A stretch of 64,000 nucleotides of DNA from Calditrichia bacterium. GTDB taxonomy: Bacteria > Calditrichota > Calditrichia > RBG-13-44-9 > J075. This document shows positions 61,001-64,000 of the stretch, piece after piece. The position numbers were made by a program, and so were the translations under genes. Numbering within the stretch: the first letter of the stretch is position 1; each line of letters opens with the position of its first letter. The stretch is from assembly GCA_050633245.1 (NCBI GenBank), contig JBOEGD010000012.1, positions 131,059-195,058 of the forward strand. Direction: 5' to 3'. A model generated the notes under the pieces. It did no database searches. It worked only from the letters and a program-made list of their open reading frames with translations, and was not told the origin of the DNA.

Positions 61001-61204
61001 TCGGCCTTTGATGTTCTGAATTACGTCTTTCACAACATTGGAAGAACGCAGAGCAATAATTGATTGTCTCTGTATGGTAGAATATAGTTTGTACGTGAAG
61101 ACGGAAAGTGACCGGCGCTCTTTTTCAGTTAAGGTAAGTAGAGAATCGATGAGCTCGTCGGAAGGTGCTTCATAGATCAGTTTTTGCAGTTCGTTTTGAT
61201 CCAT
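58076..61204 (-). CDS. Large alpha-helical protein (DUF6493-like), partner of the SWIM protein
   Basis: About 1040 aa from ATG 61204; LDRARLLDESL, LSAPTHLNGWI, DLLQALLR; family name recalled, not verified. Confidence 0.75.
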   Translation of the reverse strand: MDQNELQKLIYEAPSDELIDSLLTLTEKERRSLSVFTYKLYSTIQRQSIIALRSSNVVKDVIQNIKGRFDAKAPSPPDVYYNSSLAVFILCPLSRTKKVKFWQIYYDKEIRRQIDKIVRTLKPKWLSAWIEHELSQEFASMDWVLLRGWMKDGLCDVAISEGYIQFFVIGLLTWQDDSKKNYIPVNQALINDPELLSNEVWQLFYFQTSAFAEGWHKTSNNALQNYQDWPESLLDLSNKGILDRARLLDESLNALSRDFEPRFKSGFYKFHLFLDPSLEELDERKSKYIDLLSDPVGHVVTFALKMIRKLENAGRLAAHDLIDSFPSVLSLPGKGQAKTYLQILRRLYKNNDLAKHSLVPLCVDAIIHDSSDIQEIILSILEELKEYSVSAFEGIERYQDIVHPSLRHRLLSLSPESVETTTSEVDFASEWNVLKKTIEDISSEKRALLGLDAYLGEIFPTEIPPPLNIPFQSLRLLDGLERIKPIETFDELLKAVSHAVEIVDSADEVERILDGICRLCDRRPADFALKTEALLKRIYNPTYSEASRGLISGYGGLCIVLKDLLKTWITSKPAKANQLIYKNANVHVFMDLRIREMIPRIAKRHATISLSAPTHLNGWIEAHILVERILHLQSKNEAIPRYDLLQALLRIAPDNRDSALINAQEIDGGIGRALRWALGGKEGPNSRDRLLRDVWLVADRARNPLGDSTIELANLGVKKCLPDVLVPAGYSWRSRMEKQEVYDSIHIHPVIEIRTTPLSDYRKNENKNGVISSLLTLFNQGISALPPKGLAANKLPTFLLTKTSSRKWFWDSYLNYSGSWLIQWAMQTWPANLDGSLKNATYFFVSRVNDNANTFQPNYAFLAPIFNSVLPWTEMTYVAVAIALISKDADSSGHAVDLMIESIEDSRMHPAKMSETLIKLARGGWMKTNRLADRLSQISQVSQLHSLVCFMMLDTFLEAQEKFPRNSHLLFDCILSSCIELNVSPSDNLLAKLKKVTGASKKAKLAKSIIALADESSMSLTNRHKAILAAIKARIDLTDRVV

Positions 61205-61208
61205 CCGT

Positions 61209-62564
61209 TTATACTTCCTGCGAGCCGGAGGTGTCTTCATACAATTGCGAGGCGAGAATATGTTTACATGGACCACGCTGTCCCTGGTATTTGCTAAACC
61301 ACGGGCAGGTGCACTCATCTCCTGAAACGTTAAGACGCACGTGATACCGTGCATTACTTCCAATAACGGCAAATTCTCTGGTTTTATTTTCAGTGGAAGA
61401 ACCAGGCAATACAGCTTTTTCTTCAAGAAGTTTTCGGGCATTTTTTAATCTGGGCTGCATACTTTCAATTTTTTCCAAATCGAAGGGCAACTCACGGTGA
61501 AAGTACTTTTGCATCATAACATCATAGCCAGCTAAGCCTCGTGCACCCAATACAGCAAGCCCCGACAAAATAGCATCTTTCGGCTCATCCATTTGTTTAG
61601 CAAGATCATCAACATTAATTTGATTCTGCCAGCGAAGCTGAGATCGAATGCCAGGTAAAATTGCTTGCCAATTGCTGTCTGCCAAGGCAAACAGGTTCTG
61701 TCCTTCTCCGGTAAACCCACGATACAATTCAGGACTAATGACCAAAAAGAAACGCCCTTCATTAAACGATACTTCCCAGCCACTCACCAGAGAACTGCTG
61801 TCGTACCAAATTCGCAGACTATTTGCCTGCGCCAGTAGAGGCTCCAGAATACGTATTCTGTGAGTACCGCTAATTCGTATTGCATTGCGACTTTCTCTAT
61901 TACTCAGACGAAGCGATTTACCCGCAGGGACAACGAACGTTGGTCGTTTTGAAATATTTGCCTTAGGTAGAGTTCTGATAAATTTTAGAGCTTCGAGTGC
62001 ATTTATTTCCAGAGCAGGTTTCAGACCCGCCTGGTATGCCTGTACTTCACTAAAGCCTTTTATCCACCGCAAGGGCAGCTTTACCTTCTTTTCAATTGTC
62101 TTATTTTCCTTACGACTCAGAACGACTTCATCTTCCCCTATTGAAAATGTTACGTCTTCATCGTCTCTCAATCGCATTAGCGCATTTCGCATAGGCACAT
62201 TAAAATCAACATTTGTAGTCCCTCTATTTTTGATGCTGCTTTCAAAAGCAGTCTCAAAAAGGTCGACGCGCACATAAACACCACAGCAACCGCTAAATCC
62301 TTCCAAGCGAATCAGCTCATCGTTACTTGTAAGAACCGGGTCGAGAAGGGCAGGTCTTGGAAGAAAAAAATGTGTCCGCACAACATCAGACAAAACCAAG
62401 AACATGTTGCCGATAGTTCTGGGATTAAGTAGCCTCCCTTCAAAAAAGTATGGGTTTTGTTGCTTCCCATTGCAGGTAGCAAGAGTCAGATGGGGATGGT
62501 GTTCACGCGTTTGAACATGCGACTGATAAGGATAAATATACGTATAGTCAAGTGCTGCAGACAT
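61209..62564 (-). CDS. SWIM zinc-finger protein
   Basis: C-terminal CTCPWFSKYQGQRGPCKHILA; N-terminal EGFSGCCGVYVR, GTTNVDFN, LPLRWIKGF. Confidence 0.88.
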   Translation of the reverse strand: MSAALDYTYIYPYQSHVQTREHHPHLTLATCNGKQQNPYFFEGRLLNPRTIGNMFLVLSDVVRTHFFLPRPALLDPVLTSNDELIRLEGFSGCCGVYVRVDLFETAFESSIKNRGTTNVDFNVPMRNALMRLRDDEDVTFSIGEDEVVLSRKENKTIEKKVKLPLRWIKGFSEVQAYQAGLKPALEINALEALKFIRTLPKANISKRPTFVVPAGKSLRLSNRESRNAIRISGTHRIRILEPLLAQANSLRIWYDSSSLVSGWEVSFNEGRFFLVISPELYRGFTGEGQNLFALADSNWQAILPGIRSQLRWQNQINVDDLAKQMDEPKDAILSGLAVLGARGLAGYDVMMQKYFHRELPFDLEKIESMQPRLKNARKLLEEKAVLPGSSTENKTREFAVIGSNARYHVRLNVSGDECTCPWFSKYQGQRGPCKHILASQLYEDTSGSQEV

Positions 62565-62763
62565 AGTATTCCTCTATTGGGCTTGCATTTATAAGACAAG
62601 GAATAAGATTTCGAAGATAAATAATGTAAAAGAAAGCTTCGCTTAAAATCAACCCTTATATACGCCTTAATTCACTATTAATTATTCAACTATTCGCTAT
62701 CTGAAGGAAGGATTCTGAAAGTTTTTTGTTGTATAGCTCAGTAGCATGGATTGTAAACTACGC

Positions 62764-62932
62764 TACTGTTGTAAAGGAAATGAAGCAGATAGGTGATCGC
62801 TGGGTTGTCACGCCCGTGGTTTTCAGAGACATGTTGAAAAAGGGTAAAGGCACTGAGTTTTTAATCAAGGATATCGAGTTCGATGTAGATATTCCCGGGC
62901 ATGTATTTTCAAAGGTGGCGGTGCAGCGTTAA
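62764..62932 (+). repeat. Third copy of the lolA-like 3' end (about 55 codons)
   Basis: KEMKQIGDRWVVTPVVFRDMLKKGKGTEFLIKDIEFDVDIPGHVFSKVAVQR* versus KDMKRVGNRWVVTHVIFKDMLKKGEGTEFLIEDIEFDVDIPGHVFSKASLRR*. Confidence 0.92.
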
Positions 62933-63209
62933 CCCATATGGGGTAACGATATTTTCCAACTAGTGCTATCAATTCCTGCTCAACCTCTTTTGTATCACAT
63001 AACTGGGAAAGCCGCTCATTAGTTCCTGCGTTAAAACTTTCAGAAGCCAGGTTATTTAGCTTTAGTTCGAGGCGGCTTAACAAAGCATCAAGTTCATCCC
63101 AGAGCTCATCCGTCATAATAGACTCACTCTTTTTACGGGTTCTTGCCTACATATCGACATCACCGCGATAGTGTTTATAGATTTTCAGATGTGATTTGGT
63201 GAGTTTCAT
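62865..63209 (-). pseudogene. Small hypothetical gene with a premature TAG, coupled to the upstream gene
   Basis: ATG 63209 overlaps TGA of 63206..63961 (ATGA); MKLTKSHLKIYKHYRGDVDM*ARTRKKSESIMTDELWDELD...; TAG at 63147-63149; 3' end runs into repeat copy 3. Confidence 0.65.
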
Positions 63210-63961
63210 AATCCATATTCCGGGCATATTCTCTTAGGATAGCCATCTTCTATTTTTTTCAATAATTCTGATATTCTAAAGCATAGTTTTGTATTTGACC
63301 CAGGACGAGGCACATAAAAAAGACCTTCACTCATTGAAGCCATCTGTTTTACATCATCACTTATTTTTTCCAATTTACCATTCGTATATTTAAAGAGACC
63401 TTTTTCCTTATAGTCTTTTTGTATTGCTAACTCGTTATATGATTCTCCAATGTTATAGACTTTCTTTTCAACACTAAGGTGTACCTCCGAGATACGCTGG
63501 TATATTTTCCCTCTATAATAGACCAGTTTAATAGAGGGATCTGACACTGAAATAAAATGGTTATCTTTGCTTTTATACCATCCAGCAAATCCTATTGGGT
63601 TACCAGAACCTGAGTTCACATACGAAATATATCTATCACCATCAATTTGAAGGTTCTCACCTTTATCATACAAATGGTAAATGATTTCTTCATCAGTCTC
63701 TTTTTGTTTTACAAACAGAGCCAGCCAATTTGCAGGTACGTCTGTAGCAAAGGGGGGGGATGACATGCTTCTGAGCTTTGTCAGGCTATCAGGACTACTC
63801 CAAAGAATATTGTCTATCTCATCATCTTCTATTAAATCTTCCCTTTGGAAACAATCCACATATTTATATGATACATAGCGAGAGCATATGTAAAAAAGGA
63901 TCACAACAACCAAGAAAAGAAAGGCAAATTTAGAATATTTCTTTAGCATTATAGATACCAA
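63206..63961 (-). CDS. Hypothetical membrane-anchored protein
   Basis: N-terminal TM FAFLFLVVVILFYIC; 251 aa; AT-rich. Confidence 0.65.
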   Translation of the reverse strand: MVSIMLKKYSKFAFLFLVVVILFYICSRYVSYKYVDCFQREDLIEDDEIDNILWSSPDSLTKLRSMSSPPFATDVPANWLALFVKQKETDEEIIYHLYDKGENLQIDGDRYISYVNSGSGNPIGFAGWYKSKDNHFISVSDPSIKLVYYRGKIYQRISEVHLSVEKKVYNIGESYNELAIQKDYKEKGLFKYTNGKLEKISDDVKQMASMSEGLFYVPRPGSNTKLCFRISELLKKIEDGYPKRICPEYGL

Positions 63962-64000
63962 ATTAATAGTTATACCTAGGAAATAATCTTGTAGTGTGGG

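Noticed and set aside
62731-62770. tRNA gene suggested by GTATAGCTCAGT
   Set aside because: No T-arm GTTC motif, cloverleaf or acceptor stem
55580-62932. Diversity-generating retroelement TR/VR pair
   Set aside because: Differences are largely synonymous and not adenine-specific; no reverse transcriptase in the window
12599-63149. Stop-codon recoding suggested by in-frame TAG/TGA at probable Trp sites (12599, 35080, 63147)
   Set aside because: Intact genes such as mfd (TAG) and the 26051 PPIase (TGA) end normally at these codons; TGG-to-stop transitions in pseudogenes explain the pattern

Overview
Bacterial chromosomal window of moderate GC. The gene content (mfd followed by three parvulin/SurA genes, a DUF3857-transglutaminase pair, a GIYFYRL-type sorting tail) suggests an FCB-superphylum organism, possibly Calditrichota/KSB1-like; this is inference. 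Left to right: csaA, a frameshifted M1 peptidase and an amidohydrolase; a polysaccharide-modification operon (asnB-like, GT4, PIG-L deacetylase, sulfotransferase, WbqC, D-glucuronyl C5-epimerase) headed by a hidden Wzx pseudogene; an orphan flagellar-type regulatory cluster (fliL, flhF, small membrane protein, fliA, His kinase, TPR protein, REC-His kinase) with no structural flagellar genes, two kinases with degenerate ATP-binding boxes and a sigma-28-like promoter; housekeeping and accessory genes (mfd, PPIases, ABC exporter, comF, PTS IIA, mnmH, mnmA, ada, relBE-like TA, LinB-like nucleotidyltransferase); and a five-gene Lol-like operon. The 3' end of its last gene recurs twice downstream and brackets an AT-rich accessory region with an IS5 remnant, immunity-like small genes and a SWIM zinc-finger plus large helical protein pair. 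No rRNA, tRNA or CRISPR array was seen. Family names come from motif recognition and were not checked by database search.
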